Shown: positions 21,781-32,800 of the stretch, piece by piece
Layout of the letters: the number at the start of each line of letters is the position of its first letter
Numbering within the stretch: the first letter of the stretch is position 1
IMG/VR virus record: IMGVR_UViG_3300021976_000009
Origin: an uncultured virus (IMG/VR IMGVR_UViG_3300021976_000009)
Taxonomy: Duplodnaviria > Heunggongvirae > Uroviricota > Caudoviricetes
Reading direction: 5' to 3' (one strand)
Length of the DNA: 64,000 nucleotides
Translations under genes and position numbers: made by a program
Notes under the pieces: generated by a model
Seen by the model: only the letters and a program-made list of their open reading frames with translations
The model's database searches: none
Told to the model about the DNA's origin: nothing

Positions 21781-22506
21781 ATGGCCAGGCCAGGTTACAT
21801 TGACTTGAAACTTGCCGATATTTTCATTAGCGATGGCTATGGAAATGTCGGAGCCGTCAACCTCTTGGCAGGATATGCTATCGGTCTCGCCACAATGGCT
21901 GTTGACGAGATCGTTGGTATTATCCCGACTGGAGCGACATTCCAGTTGACAGGTGATGAGACGATCTATGAGGTCGTTTCGCACACCGAGACTTCTACCA
22001 ACACGACCTCGATCACCTTTATTCCAGGTCTTGTCGAGGCTGCCATTGATGGTCAGGTCATCACGTTCCTACCCAACTCGATCGAGATTCGGGTTGGTGA
22101 TGGCAACCTGACATATGACAAAAAGAAGCCTCGTGAGTACAAACTGGACAAGGGACGGCTCTATCTTGTCCGGAATGCTGACGAAGCACCGATGGATGTC
22201 ACCTTTGATTTCGTCTGGGATCATATCATTGGCTCGACCGGTGATCCCATTACCGTAGAGGAAGCTCTTGACGGAACAGGGAGAGCTTCCCATTGGGTTA
22301 GTTCGGCCACGGAAAGCTGTGAGCCTTACGCCGTCGATATCACTGTTCTCTATACGCCGGATTGTGAGGATGTTGAACCTGAGAAGATCGTCTTTGAGGA
22401 CTTCCGGTACGACAGCCTGAAGCATGATATCAAGGCAGGTAGCGTAGCCTGCACGGGTGCTTGTAACCGTGTTGCACCAACTGTGACCAGGCTTGCAGTC
22501 GCCTAA
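21781..22506 (+). CDS. Major tail tube protein with inserted beta domain
   Basis: Acidic, high-expression codons, upstream of chaperone and tape measure; paralog of 22542-23039. Confidence 0.7.
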   Translation: MARPGYIDLKLADIFISDGYGNVGAVNLLAGYAIGLATMAVDEIVGIIPTGATFQLTGDETIYEVVSHTETSTNTTSITFIPGLVEAAIDGQVITFLPNSIEIRVGDGNLTYDKKKPREYKLDKGRLYLVRNADEAPMDVTFDFVWDHIIGSTGDPITVEEALDGTGRASHWVSSATESCEPYAVDITVLYTPDCEDVEPEKIVFEDFRYDSLKHDIKAGSVACTGACNRVAPTVTRLAVA

Positions 22507-22541
22507 CCCACCTATACGCAGTCGCCTAACCGGAGTGGACG

Positions 22542-23039
22542 TTGACTCCAATAGATTTGAAGGACTGTACCCTGTTTCTAATCGACGGAACAGGGACGAA
22601 CTTCATCGCGATCCGTATAGGAGAGGGCAACTTCTCCTATACGGCTAAGCGAAATCTTGAGCAACGTAAAGCTCGCGGCCAATTGGATAAGATTCGTGAA
22701 GGTGAAGAAGAAGCTGTATCCATTGCATTTCAATTCATCTGGGATTTGATGATCTCGTCCGATGATGACCCGCCCACGATCGAGGAAGTTCTCGAAGGCA
22801 ATGCAACAGGGTGGGTTTCTTCGTCACCTGATACCAATGGGCCATTTTGTATCCATCTCCAGATCGTGAGATCATTGACGTGTCGCCATCCCAATGGTAC
22901 TAACTATACCGATGGCGAAACGTATAATTTTCCGGATTTCTATTACGACGACCTCTCTCATAGTTTGAGAGATTCTACGGTCGATTGTAAAGGCTTCTCT
23001 AATAGAGTTAAGCCCACAATAACCAGGGACCTCACCTAA
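22542..23039 (+). CDS. Second tail-tube paralog (no insertion)
   Basis: IDLK...DG, IRIGEGN.SY, FQFIWD, DP.T.EE.L.G, WVSS shared with 21781-22506. Confidence 0.7.
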   Translation: MTPIDLKDCTLFLIDGTGTNFIAIRIGEGNFSYTAKRNLEQRKARGQLDKIREGEEEAVSIAFQFIWDLMISSDDDPPTIEEVLEGNATGWVSSSPDTNGPFCIHLQIVRSLTCRHPNGTNYTDGETYNFPDFYYDDLSHSLRDSTVDCKGFSNRVKPTITRDLT

Positions 23040-23047
23040 GGTAACCT

Positions 23048-23653
23048 ATGAAAATCGGTGGCAAGAAAATCGACTGCACACCTGCTAGCGAAATGATCGT
23101 CTTTCCTCGGGAAAGTGGCGATATCGCCCTCCGAGCCAATGCTGTGCTTGATCGCGATGAATTTGACAAACTTTGTCCTACACCCAAGATGCCGCAAAAG
23201 CGTGTCAAAGGTGGTCGTATGGTGGACGATCCTGATAGTCCACGTTTTCTTAAATTGCTTAATCAGCACAGTACCAAGTTCGTGGATTGGCTTATCATCA
23301 CATCGCTCTGTGGTGTCAATAAAGAGACGAAGGAAGATGATCCCATTGAATGGGAGTTGGTCGATCGAAGTGACTCATCGACATGGAGCAAATGGGACGA
23401 TGAATTTAGAGCTTCCGGTTTCTCTGATATGGAGAGGAAGCGTATTCATAGCCTTGTGATTACGGTTAATTCACTCTCTGAACGACGGCTAGACGAGGCT
23501 CGTGAAAGTTTTTTGCTACCAGTGGCGGAGGAGCAAGACGATTCATCCTCCCCGACTATCGAACAGACCGATACTCCGTCTGGCGAGCCTGTGAACGGTT
23601 CGGCATCAGACCACCCGGTGTCCCGGAAAGCTGGGACGACTTCGACGAAATAA
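23048..23653 (+). CDS. Tail assembly chaperone (gpG-like)
   Basis: Position; slippery T-TTT-TTG at 23509-23515. Confidence 0.75.
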   Translation: MKIGGKKIDCTPASEMIVFPRESGDIALRANAVLDRDEFDKLCPTPKMPQKRVKGGRMVDDPDSPRFLKLLNQHSTKFVDWLIITSLCGVNKETKEDDPIEWELVDRSDSSTWSKWDDEFRASGFSDMERKRIHSLVITVNSLSERRLDEARESFLLPVAEEQDDSSSPTIEQTDTPSGEPVNGSASDHPVSRKAGTTSTK

Positions 23654-23751
23654 ATTGGTGGACACCTGCTTCTCTAATAGAGTACAACCTCATTCGTACA
23701 GTGGAAGAGTTTGAATTTGCCAAAATGATGATTCCAAATATCCAACTCTAA
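23509..23751 (+). CDS. -1 frameshift extension of the chaperone (gpT-like part)
   Basis: The -1 frame is open: FFATSGGGARRFILPDYRTDRYSVWRACERFGIRPPGVPESWDDF...PNIQL*. Confidence 0.75.
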   Translation, partial: FFATSGGGARRFILPDYRTDRYSVWRACERFGIRPPGVPESWDDFDEINWWTPASLIEYNLIRTVEEFEFAKMMIPNIQL

Positions 23752-23781
23752 CGGCTACTCTAATAGAGAAACGCGGTAACA

Positions 23782-24288
23782 ATGCTTGAGATCAGAGGTT
23801 TCTCAGTAAAAATGAGCATTGATGTTGGACGAGTTACGAAAACTCTAAACGAGAATATGTCCATTCAAATGAGACAAGCGGCTCGGGAATGGCTTCGAGC
23901 CGTTATCACAAAAGTTCCAGTTTGGACAGGAACAAGTAAGGGATCGTTTAAGCCTATTGGTCGCTTTCTCAATGTACAGATACCAATTTCTCCAGAAGTG
24001 TCACGTTCGGGAATGGGACCAGATGTCGGTGCAGACAAATCGGCATTCCATTTTTCACGTCGAAAAGGTAATCAAATTTTCACATTTGAGGTTGGCGTGG
24101 CACATTATGCTGTCAATGAATTTCATAATGTCAATCTCACTGGACAATTTCAGTTAAGAAATCCTGGACCCTATGCTTCTTTCAAGTTTGGTGAATTGGC
24201 ATTTAACCGTTACGTTGAGAATGTTATGCCGGGTCGTTTGCCAAAGCCAGAGACTTTTACCAAAATGACCAAGGTAAAGATTAAATAA
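23782..24288 (+). CDS. HK97 gp10-like neck/tail completion protein
   Basis: A....L..V....PVWTG..K.S motif. Confidence 0.6.
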   Translation: MLEIRGFSVKMSIDVGRVTKTLNENMSIQMRQAAREWLRAVITKVPVWTGTSKGSFKPIGRFLNVQIPISPEVSRSGMGPDVGADKSAFHFSRRKGNQIFTFEVGVAHYAVNEFHNVNLTGQFQLRNPGPYASFKFGELAFNRYVENVMPGRLPKPETFTKMTKVKIK

Positions 24289-27200
24289 TGGCAACGATTA
24301 TCTCTCAATATCAAATTGACGCCGATCAGGCTATTGCAACTGTACAAAGGTTGCAACAAGCCTATCTGCGTTACAATTCCGCTGTCGGAGCAATGGCTAT
24401 CCAGACAGCGGCATATAACAAGAAAGGTGGTGAAGCGAAAGTTGTCTTCACGCAAATTGATGCAGCTGGGCGTAAGGTTGCTACAACGATTAGAGAAGCC
24501 GGAGCAAGTTATGAAGTTCTCAGTACGAAGATGACGAAAGCGTCCAATTCACAACGCATCATGGCAATGGAAATGGAGAAGCAACGTCTTCTCTCTGATA
24601 AATTAGCAAAGGCCGTTCTTGGAGCTACGCCAGGAACAGCAACAACTCCCACAGCATTCACCGGAGTGCCCAATGCTACCTTGATCGCCAAAGGTGCGGC
24701 AGAATTTCGGATACTCACAGCCGAACAGGTCAAAGCGGCTGCTGCCGCAAATTATCTTAATGCAACACAGACTAAGGCATTACAGAATGTTGTCGATGGT
24801 ACACAAAAAGTTAGTAAAGGCTTTCGAGCCATCGGTGATAGTGTTGCCTATTTTGAAGGCAAGTTAGACGAAATGGCTCGGGTCGCTTTTCACACGGCGA
24901 TCTATCGTGGCATATCGCTCATTACGCAAGCGATTGCAGAAGGTGTCAAAGAGGCATTAGAGTTTTCTCGCCAGATCGGTTTGATTCAAACATTATCACA
25001 AAATAGCGGAGAGACATTCGATACCTGGACCGAATCTATTAGAGCCGTCGCCGATGAGTTTGGCCGTCCAGTCACTGAAATTGCAGCAGCAACGTATGAC
25101 GCTCTATCAAACCAGATCATTGAAACTACCGCCGACATGGACAAGCTACGGGATGCCGCCGAGCTTGCCCGTAACACGAACTCAAATACTGCCGATTCCG
25201 TTAACGTATTGTCCTCCGTGTTAAATAGCTTTGGTAGTGCTGCCGGAACATCTCGCCAGATTGTTGATCAACTTTTCACGACCGTCGATCTAGGTCGTGT
25301 CCGTATCAATGAGTTGAATACTGTTGTTGGTCGTTCGGGTAGTATCCTTTCAACAGCGGGATTGTCTTTCCAAGAACTCAATGCTGGTTTGATTGTTCTC
25401 ACGCAACGTGGATTGGATTCCGCCGAAGCTGCCACACTCTTGAATAATATCTCTAATCAACTTATCAAACCGAATGAAGCTCTCGCGGCCCAATTCAAAA
25501 CAATGGGATTTGATAGTGGATTTGCTGCTGTCAAGACTCTTGGCCTTGTCGGTGTGATGAAGGAACTTCACCTCGCTGCCTTGAAAACAAGTGAAGGCAT
25601 TGCAACATTCTTCCCAGAGATTAGAGGATTACGTGGTGCTGCCGCATTCGCTGGAGAGGGATTAGATCAACTTCGTGAAGCTCAGGAAGCTTTGGCCCGA
25701 TCCTCAGGAGCAAACAAACGAGCAACTGAAGTTCAAAATCTAAATCCCGGACGACAACTTCTCGATGAAATGGAGCGTATCAAGACATTCTTTACGGTTG
25801 ATATCGGTGTCAAAGCAATTAAGTATGTCGCTGAACTTACTCAACAGTTTGGTGGATTAAATAAGGTTGTTCAATTCACCACCGAATTGTTCTTACATTT
25901 GGCTCAATATGCCATTTCTGGAGTTCTTTTAACTGCCGGATTTGCAACTTTCACAGTTATAAATAACTTGGTTACGGGATTTTGGTCCCTCACCAGGGTG
26001 TTGACAGTTGTTCAAACAACAGCAGCCGCAGCGGGCATTTCTCTAAGGATGCTAAGTGTTGGTGGTGCTCTCACAGCATTGACTGTGTTATACTATGCTG
26101 CGGGCGGTGCAGTTGAATACTTTGAAAGTCGAAATCGACATGCGATCGAAAAGATCGTTGAGACTGAGAAAAAAGCAAATGCAACCATAAAGAAATTACA
26201 TGAGGAAGAATCAGCTCATCGTATTAGCATGTTCAATGCCGCTATTGATGTTGTCAATACCGGGTACAACAAGTTCATTGCTGAATTCAAGAAACAGAAT
26301 CTAGTCGGTATCAAGAGTACTGCTGACTTTGGCAAATCCATTGCAAATGATCTCAAAAACCAGTTTCAGGTTTTGGAGAGTGTTGCCAAAAGTGGCCTAG
26401 CCAAACTGGAACAACAGCAGAGTAAAGCTAGTTCCAATATCCTGAAGATTAATCGTGACAAGACCGATGTACTTGAAAGCCTCGACTCTAAAAGATTCGA
26501 TAGGCAACTTCAACGTCAATCGGAACTTTTAGAACAGGATATCGCCAGCGGCTTTAAAGACTATGGCGGGGTAACTAAGAACCCCACCAAAGAGATTTTG
26601 AAAATTGTCAATGCACGTAATGACCTGTTGCGTGATAAGCGGAAATTGGCTTTTGACACTGGAGATATTGAAGCCGCTAAAGGCTTCCTAGATGAAATAC
26701 TTCAAAATCTGGACAAACTCTCAGATTTCAAAGATGTTAATAATATTCGGGCTCCTCGGCGTGAGGATAGGGGCAGGCGATTCACTAATATTGATAAGGC
26801 TGCCGCTAGTGAATTGGCCGATTACAATGCCAATGCCGAAGAATATCAAAGAACTCAGGAAGCTATAACAGTTAATGTAGCGAACCAGGTAATCGAGGAG
26901 AAGGAACGTGCCAAGGCGTTAGAAGATGTATTAACTAAGGTGGCCGGATTTAGTAAGACTCTAACAGATAAAGATGGAAATCTAGTAGAGAGATTCATTG
27001 GCCATCCTGAACTAGCTAGAACTGAACTTGTTAAGGCACAGAATGAAGCATTGAAAATGGCTTCCACTCTTGGGGAAGCTATGGACCCGTTGGTAGCTCT
27101 CCAATTTAATGCTGCTTTGAAAGAAATCGAAGAGTCATTCGCTAAGCAAAGAGCAAATGCCGATCTAACTGTCCTATTAGGGACGCAACAGGCCCAAGCA

Positions 27201-28280
27201 ACGAAATATGCTCAGACACGTTCTCTTGCGATTGAGGCTGAGAAAAAGGGCATTGGCGATGCTACAGCACTTCTCCAAAAGCAAAAAGTAACTATGGATG
27301 AACTTGCCTCAACTGCCAAAGTTCATCTTCTTAGTATTGAACGCTTGGCAAGTAGCTTTGGCTCAGGTAGAGCAGGTGGCTTACTAAATCAAATCGTGGA
27401 TATTAACAAGGTAGATTTCAGTGATGAAGATGTTGCAAGAATGAAAGCCTGGGATAAGGAACTTATCAGTTTCTTGCAAAATGTCCCTGAGCATCAAGAC
27501 AAGATAGAGTCTATACTTGCTGATTATCGTGCATTAGTCACAGAATCAGCAAAGGGTAAAGGACTAGATGTTGTAGATCCAGAAAATGCAGAGGCATTAA
27601 CAAGTTACACAGAAATATTTAATCGTGCAGCTTCTGCTATTGAAAGATTGGGGAACATGCAGCCTCGATTTAAGCAAGATACCATGATGCTTAATTTCCT
27701 CAAGGATGCATCAAAACAAATTGATCTAGATTTAGTTAATAAATTGAAAGAGAGTAATCCCGGTCTCGCTGAACTGGTTGCCAATACTCAGAAACTAACT
27801 AACCAAAATGTGAACATCAATAAATCTGCTCAAGCCCTATCTGCGGTAGCTGCCAGTGTTGGAGAAATTTTGGAACAATCTCAGGCTCTATTAGATTTGA
27901 AAATGCCTAATATTACGCTTACTCCGTCAACAGGTGTAGGTGGGCCTGTTGGCAAAGCTGCCGGTGGTATGGTGGATCAAGGTAATTTAATCAATTTCTT
28001 GACAGGGAAGTATGCCAAAGGCAGTGATGTTATTCCGGCTATGCTTGGGCGTAAAGAGTTTGTTGTTCGTGAACCAATGGCCCAGAAATATTACAGTCAA
28101 CTTGTTGCTATGAATGCGGGACATTTCCCAACTTACAAAGCTCAAGGTGGTCCCGTTACCAATACAAACGTGGGCGATATCCACTTCACAATCGCAGGCG
28201 GTCAAACTTCTCCTGCAATGGCCAGGGAAGTTGCCAATCACATCCGCCGTGGGATTAAACAGGGCACATTGAAAATCTAG
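24288..28280 (+). CDS. Tape measure protein
   Basis: 1330 aa, Ala-rich helical, TP901-like core, C-terminal A.GG...G.D.IPAML...EFVV motif. Confidence 0.92.
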   Translation: MATIISQYQIDADQAIATVQRLQQAYLRYNSAVGAMAIQTAAYNKKGGEAKVVFTQIDAAGRKVATTIREAGASYEVLSTKMTKASNSQRIMAMEMEKQRLLSDKLAKAVLGATPGTATTPTAFTGVPNATLIAKGAAEFRILTAEQVKAAAAANYLNATQTKALQNVVDGTQKVSKGFRAIGDSVAYFEGKLDEMARVAFHTAIYRGISLITQAIAEGVKEALEFSRQIGLIQTLSQNSGETFDTWTESIRAVADEFGRPVTEIAAATYDALSNQIIETTADMDKLRDAAELARNTNSNTADSVNVLSSVLNSFGSAAGTSRQIVDQLFTTVDLGRVRINELNTVVGRSGSILSTAGLSFQELNAGLIVLTQRGLDSAEAATLLNNISNQLIKPNEALAAQFKTMGFDSGFAAVKTLGLVGVMKELHLAALKTSEGIATFFPEIRGLRGAAAFAGEGLDQLREAQEALARSSGANKRATEVQNLNPGRQLLDEMERIKTFFTVDIGVKAIKYVAELTQQFGGLNKVVQFTTELFLHLAQYAISGVLLTAGFATFTVINNLVTGFWSLTRVLTVVQTTAAAAGISLRMLSVGGALTALTVLYYAAGGAVEYFESRNRHAIEKIVETEKKANATIKKLHEEESAHRISMFNAAIDVVNTGYNKFIAEFKKQNLVGIKSTADFGKSIANDLKNQFQVLESVAKSGLAKLEQQQSKASSNILKINRDKTDVLESLDSKRFDRQLQRQSELLEQDIASGFKDYGGVTKNPTKEILKIVNARNDLLRDKRKLAFDTGDIEAAKGFLDEILQNLDKLSDFKDVNNIRAPRREDRGRRFTNIDKAAASELADYNANAEEYQRTQEAITVNVANQVIEEKERAKALEDVLTKVAGFSKTLTDKDGNLVERFIGHPELARTELVKAQNEALKMASTLGEAMDPLVALQFNAALKEIEESFAKQRANADLTVLLGTQQAQATKYAQTRSLAIEAEKKGIGDATALLQKQKVTMDELASTAKVHLLSIERLASSFGSGRAGGLLNQIVDINKVDFSDEDVARMKAWDKELISFLQNVPEHQDKIESILADYRALVTESAKGKGLDVVDPENAEALTSYTEIFNRAASAIERLGNMQPRFKQDTMMLNFLKDASKQIDLDLVNKLKESNPGLAELVANTQKLTNQNVNINKSAQALSAVAASVGEILEQSQALLDLKMPNITLTPSTGVGGPVGKAAGGMVDQGNLINFLTGKYAKGSDVIPAMLGRKEFVVREPMAQKYYSQLVAMNAGHFPTYKAQGGPVTNTNVGDIHFTIAGGQTSPAMAREVANHIRRGIKQGTLKI

Positions 28281-28307
28281 CGGCTACTCTAATAGAGAAG
28301 GGGAAAG

Positions 28308-28883
28308 ATGAACGATCGCAATCGGATAGTTTCCAAGTTTTCGAGTTCAGTAGAACGCCGTCGATCCTTGGCGACTCTAGAAGAGTTGCACGGCGTTTTC
28401 GGGTTGGAGCAATGGCGAAATGGAATCTGCATTGGTGTGATTCCATTTCCCAATAGTTCGACCAATGTCGGCAAACAATACCTTCTCGGAACGGGATTCA
28501 ATTCCGTTACTCAGATCACGGGTTGGTTCCTCGGCCTGATCGACGGAACATCAGGAACTCCCGTACTCGATGCAACGGATATATCCAATGGCCATTCGGG
28601 TTGGACAGAATTTACTACTTACGATGAGACCAATCGACAGGCGTGGACCAAGAGCCCGTCTCCGAGCACCAATCAGATGGTATCTTCCGCTCCGTGTCAA
28701 TTCACGGTCTCGGCAAGCGTGGCAGCGAATGCTTTCATTGCAGGGGGTTTCGTTATCAGTAACAACACCAAGGGCGGCACGACAGGAACTCTTTATGCCC
28801 AGGGCTTGTTACCAAACGCGGTTCCTGTTCAAGAGGGCGATATTTTCAAATTGAACTATACCACGGGACTTACCTCGGCCTAG
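28308..28883 (+). CDS. Virion structural protein, paralog of 9425-9970
   Basis: See 9425-9970. Confidence 0.7.
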   Translation: MNDRNRIVSKFSSSVERRRSLATLEELHGVFGLEQWRNGICIGVIPFPNSSTNVGKQYLLGTGFNSVTQITGWFLGLIDGTSGTPVLDATDISNGHSGWTEFTTYDETNRQAWTKSPSPSTNQMVSSAPCQFTVSASVAANAFIAGGFVISNNTKGGTTGTLYAQGLLPNAVPVQEGDIFKLNYTTGLTSA

Positions 28884-28892
28884 GAAAACAGG

Positions 28893-29123
28893 ATGAAAGA
28901 TATATTAATTGCAGGAATATTGATCATTACGACGACTGCCTTTTCTGTAGTTCGCTTATACGGAATTACAGAAAATAATTTCAAAGCTATGGCCCATATT
29001 TATACGGGCATGTTGTTAGGTTATGCTTTCGCCGATACTGATACAGCGAAACTTTGCCGATGGCTAGCTGGTATCATAACCGTTGTCGAAGTTATCGCGT
29101 TTTTAAAGGACAAATTTGGCTGA
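28893..29123 (+). CDS. Small multi-TM protein (holin candidate)
   Basis: 76 aa, 2-3 hydrophobic segments, charged C-terminus. Confidence 0.5.
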   Translation: MKDILIAGILIITTTAFSVVRLYGITENNFKAMAHIYTGMLLGYAFADTDTAKLCRWLAGIITVVEVIAFLKDKFG

Positions 29124-29829
29124 ACCTCTAGAAGATATCATTGATGTTGATACTGAAACTGACTCTTTTGAGAGTTGGGTAGGGGAACGTATCATCATCA
29201 CGGATCAGGAAATTTCCCTTTTCACTGGAGATCACCAACGCCAATTTACCAATAATGATCTAACTCCTGATCAATTTGCACACGCTCTCGAATCTATTAG
29301 AGAAGTTGAAACAATTGAAATTGAGACAAGTACATTCTCCGGTATATTGTTCAATGTTGATTATATCAATAATCCATTTCCGGCATTACCTAACCCACCT
29401 GTCCTCGATCCACTACCCCCGTTACCACATAATTTCACTGATTCTGGTAGGTTAGTTCCACAAACTTTTAAGTTCTTTTATCCAGTTGTAAGTGATTTAC
29501 CAATTATCACTATTGGACCACCGGAGTTTGGTGACACGGATAGTTATCGAAATATCAAAGAACAGAAATACACTCGCGGTAACACCCTTATCCTATTTCA
29601 TATTAATGCTTGGGGAACTGAAAACATCTTTGAGTTTGGCTTTAATAACCTTGGAACATTTGATCGCGTTAATCTATTAGAGTTTTTGAGATGGACTCTC
29701 GGTAGACGCATACGTATAGTGGATCATTTCAACACTGAACGAGTTGGATTTATTTTAACGCCAGAGAATGAGGTTGCTCAACCTTCTCGGAAAGACTTTG
29801 CCTTTAGTTTCAAATTTCAAGAAGGTTGA
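29116..29829 (+). CDS. Tail tip (distal-tail-like) protein
   Basis: Position after the tape measure gene; ends F.FQE; similar to the C-domain of 13115-14479. Confidence 0.5.
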   Translation: MAEPLEDIIDVDTETDSFESWVGERIIITDQEISLFTGDHQRQFTNNDLTPDQFAHALESIREVETIEIETSTFSGILFNVDYINNPFPALPNPPVLDPLPPLPHNFTDSGRLVPQTFKFFYPVVSDLPIITIGPPEFGDTDSYRNIKEQKYTRGNTLILFHINAWGTENIFEFGFNNLGTFDRVNLLEFLRWTLGRRIRIVDHFNTERVGFILTPENEVAQPSRKDFAFSFKFQEG

Positions 29830-29832
29830 TCT

Positions 29833-32800
29833 ATGGCACGTAATCTAACTCAGGCTGTTCGAGATCACCTCAATACCGGAGAGGCGATTGATCCCCTCAT
29901 GATCGTGGGGATATCGTTTTATCCAGGTCAAGAGAGTTTGTACGCTGATCGCGATATCGGTGCTACAATCAAAGGCCAAATCCTTGAGTTTGGTCAACTT
30001 GAAACTATCACCAGATTAGATGGAAATGGATCATCCTCCTCGATTTCCTTCACGTTAGATGATAATGAAGGCCATATTCTTTGGATATTGAAAAATACCG
30101 ATGTACTTTATAATAAGGTAACAGTTTACCAACATTTCTATGCTACTTCACTTACGTCTATGATTCCCTTGTTTGAGGGCGTTCTCGCTACTCCAATAGA
30201 ATGGGACGAGGGCACTCGAACAGTTCGACTTACAGCGATCACACGTCAGTCAAACTATCAGGTTGGATTTGCCCTTGACGAAAGCACAGTTCCCGTCTTT
30301 CATGAAAGTCTATTAGATAAAGTGTGGCCAATGATCTTTGGCTCACCACGATACACTCCGGTTCTCAATTTACAGGAGATACCGACAGGGATATTGGTTA
30401 ATCCGATCTATCTCACCGATCCATCATTCCCATTTAGAGTTCAGGAACTCTCGGATCAGATGGAAGCAGTTCGTAAAGAAGTATTTGTAGGACATGATTA
30501 CACTGAAGAAAACAAGATACTCGATAATATCTATCGCTCTTTAAATCTGGATTTTGGACATCACCCCGGCGAGTCTTCTGATACACCTAAAGCTGGATTG
30601 ACAATGTGGGTCAGATCAATTCTGATCCCCATGCCAAGTCGATTTGCCGAGGTTTCCGATAAGCTCTTAAGAGTTGTTGATGAGGATTTTAACAATTATT
30701 TGAATTGGTATCGTGATCAACAGTTTCGGTTACGTACACTAAAAGAGGAACGTGTTTTTACAATTGCTCAATGGAATATCCAACGTAGTCGAGAAAGTAC
30801 AACAAACTATATCATTGGTGGATATAAGTTTCCTCCGGGACGATACCTTTGCAAGATCAATGAAGAGATTTTCTATATCACATTTTGGCCTAACACTCAA
30901 GGGTTACATGAAGATTCCGCCGCCAATGTCCGTATTGAACCTGTGCTACCTGCGTACACTTACACAGCGGGACAAGGAATAGCGGGAAGTCGTTTCATTC
31001 AAGCCGGTGCCCAAGTCGAACTCTTAGATGATTTTCCTGGAGGCTATCACCATGTCGCTTCCATCACTCCAGGGACGGTAGAGGGCGTTTACGCATATCA
31101 AACTATCAATGGGTTCAAGAGATTGGCCCGCGTACCTGATCAGTATTGGACAACTCGAACGGAGGTCAAGGGTGGCTATACGATAACGTATATCGTTACT
31201 ACTCGTCCATTGGCGACGGCTGCTTATTTTGAGAATCTGTCAACACAAATGGCTGAGGATACTCTGGCCAGGGTTAGGAATCTCCCGCCCTCGAATGAGC
31301 CTTTAAAAGTACAAAACAAAATTGAGTGGGACAATGAAATATTTGTTAATTTTGTTTCAACTATTGGCCCTAATACTGTTGATATTATCATTTGGCTTAT
31401 ACAACATTATACGACTTATACTTACGATCACGCTTCGTTTAGTTCTGTATGGAATGCTGTTAATCCGTTCCCTGCGAACTTTGCTCTTTTAGAGCGGCCC
31501 AATGTTGATGAGTTGATTGAAGATATCGCTTATCAATCGAGGTGTGCGATATGGATCAAAAATGGCATTTATTATATTAAGTACTTGCCCGCTACGCCAA
31601 CGATCACCGAGACCATTGCTGATGGCGATATCATTTTCGGTTCGTTGAAAATTAAGGCATCGGATACAAATGATCTCATAACAAAATATGTGGCCACCTG
31701 GAAGCCGGATGGCCTTTCGGAAGATGCAACTATCGTTGTTAAGAACAATGTTGAAAAGTTCGGCGTATTGGAAGATAGTTACAGTTTCTACATTTATGAT
31801 AATTATAATACCGTTCTCAAATCGGCTACATTCTGGCTAATACGAAAAAGTAACATTTGGAAAATCGTTGAGGTAAACTGTTTCTTAACCAAACTTAGTA
31901 TCGAAACATTGGATGATATTAACCTTGATCTTGCCGCTCCCTATGTTACTAACGCCCCTGGTGGGGTAGCATGCCAAGTTGAATCGGCTCAATATGATAG
32001 TGCTACCAATTCAATTCTATTAGAGTTATGGACAGGAATTAAATTCGGTTCAATGGATGTGTACCCATTTAGTCGTCCCGCCGACAGTGCTATCAATCTG
32101 CAATTTCCGTTACCGAGTGATCATTATCGTGGCGACTTGCCACAAATCCCATTTGAGGATACTGCTCCTGATATCCCGAAGTTTAATGCGAGCCAGCCTA
32201 ACCCGCCACCGAAAATTGAACTTGTCCAAAGACACTTATTCGTTACTTATGTGATTGGCGATGAGCCATCCACTAAAGGAGACACCTATCCTTCTGACCA
32301 AAAGACTACGATAAATTATCAATCTCGCCCGCTTAGCCCGAAAATTGTTCCGGCGAGGGCAACACGACCGGCGGATAATTATGTTTACAATAAGCCGCCT
32401 GTGCCATTACCAACGCCAAAGATCACGACACCACCGCCAGTGGAACGTGATCTAATTGGAGCGGGTGTTGGAACTGGAAGTGGAGAGGGTGAAGGGGGAG
32501 GAACAGGGATACCAGGGCAGGTTATATCGCGAGGCACTAACGGTACATTGTGGAATGTGAATGTCTATCTCGATGGACCAGGATTGGCGCCAACTCTATT
32601 AGAGGCGGTGGAGCTTCATAATGATAGTGAACTTATAGGATTGGAAACTGAGTGGGTCACAATTTTTAAAAGCATCATTGATGAAATAACACGCTACTGG
32701 TTCTATACAGCACATACCGCCATTCTACCAGTTAAAATGGCCAATAATATAGTCGGTGAAATTTATCCGCGTGGTAAGGATATTCCAGAGGTCGCTTGGA

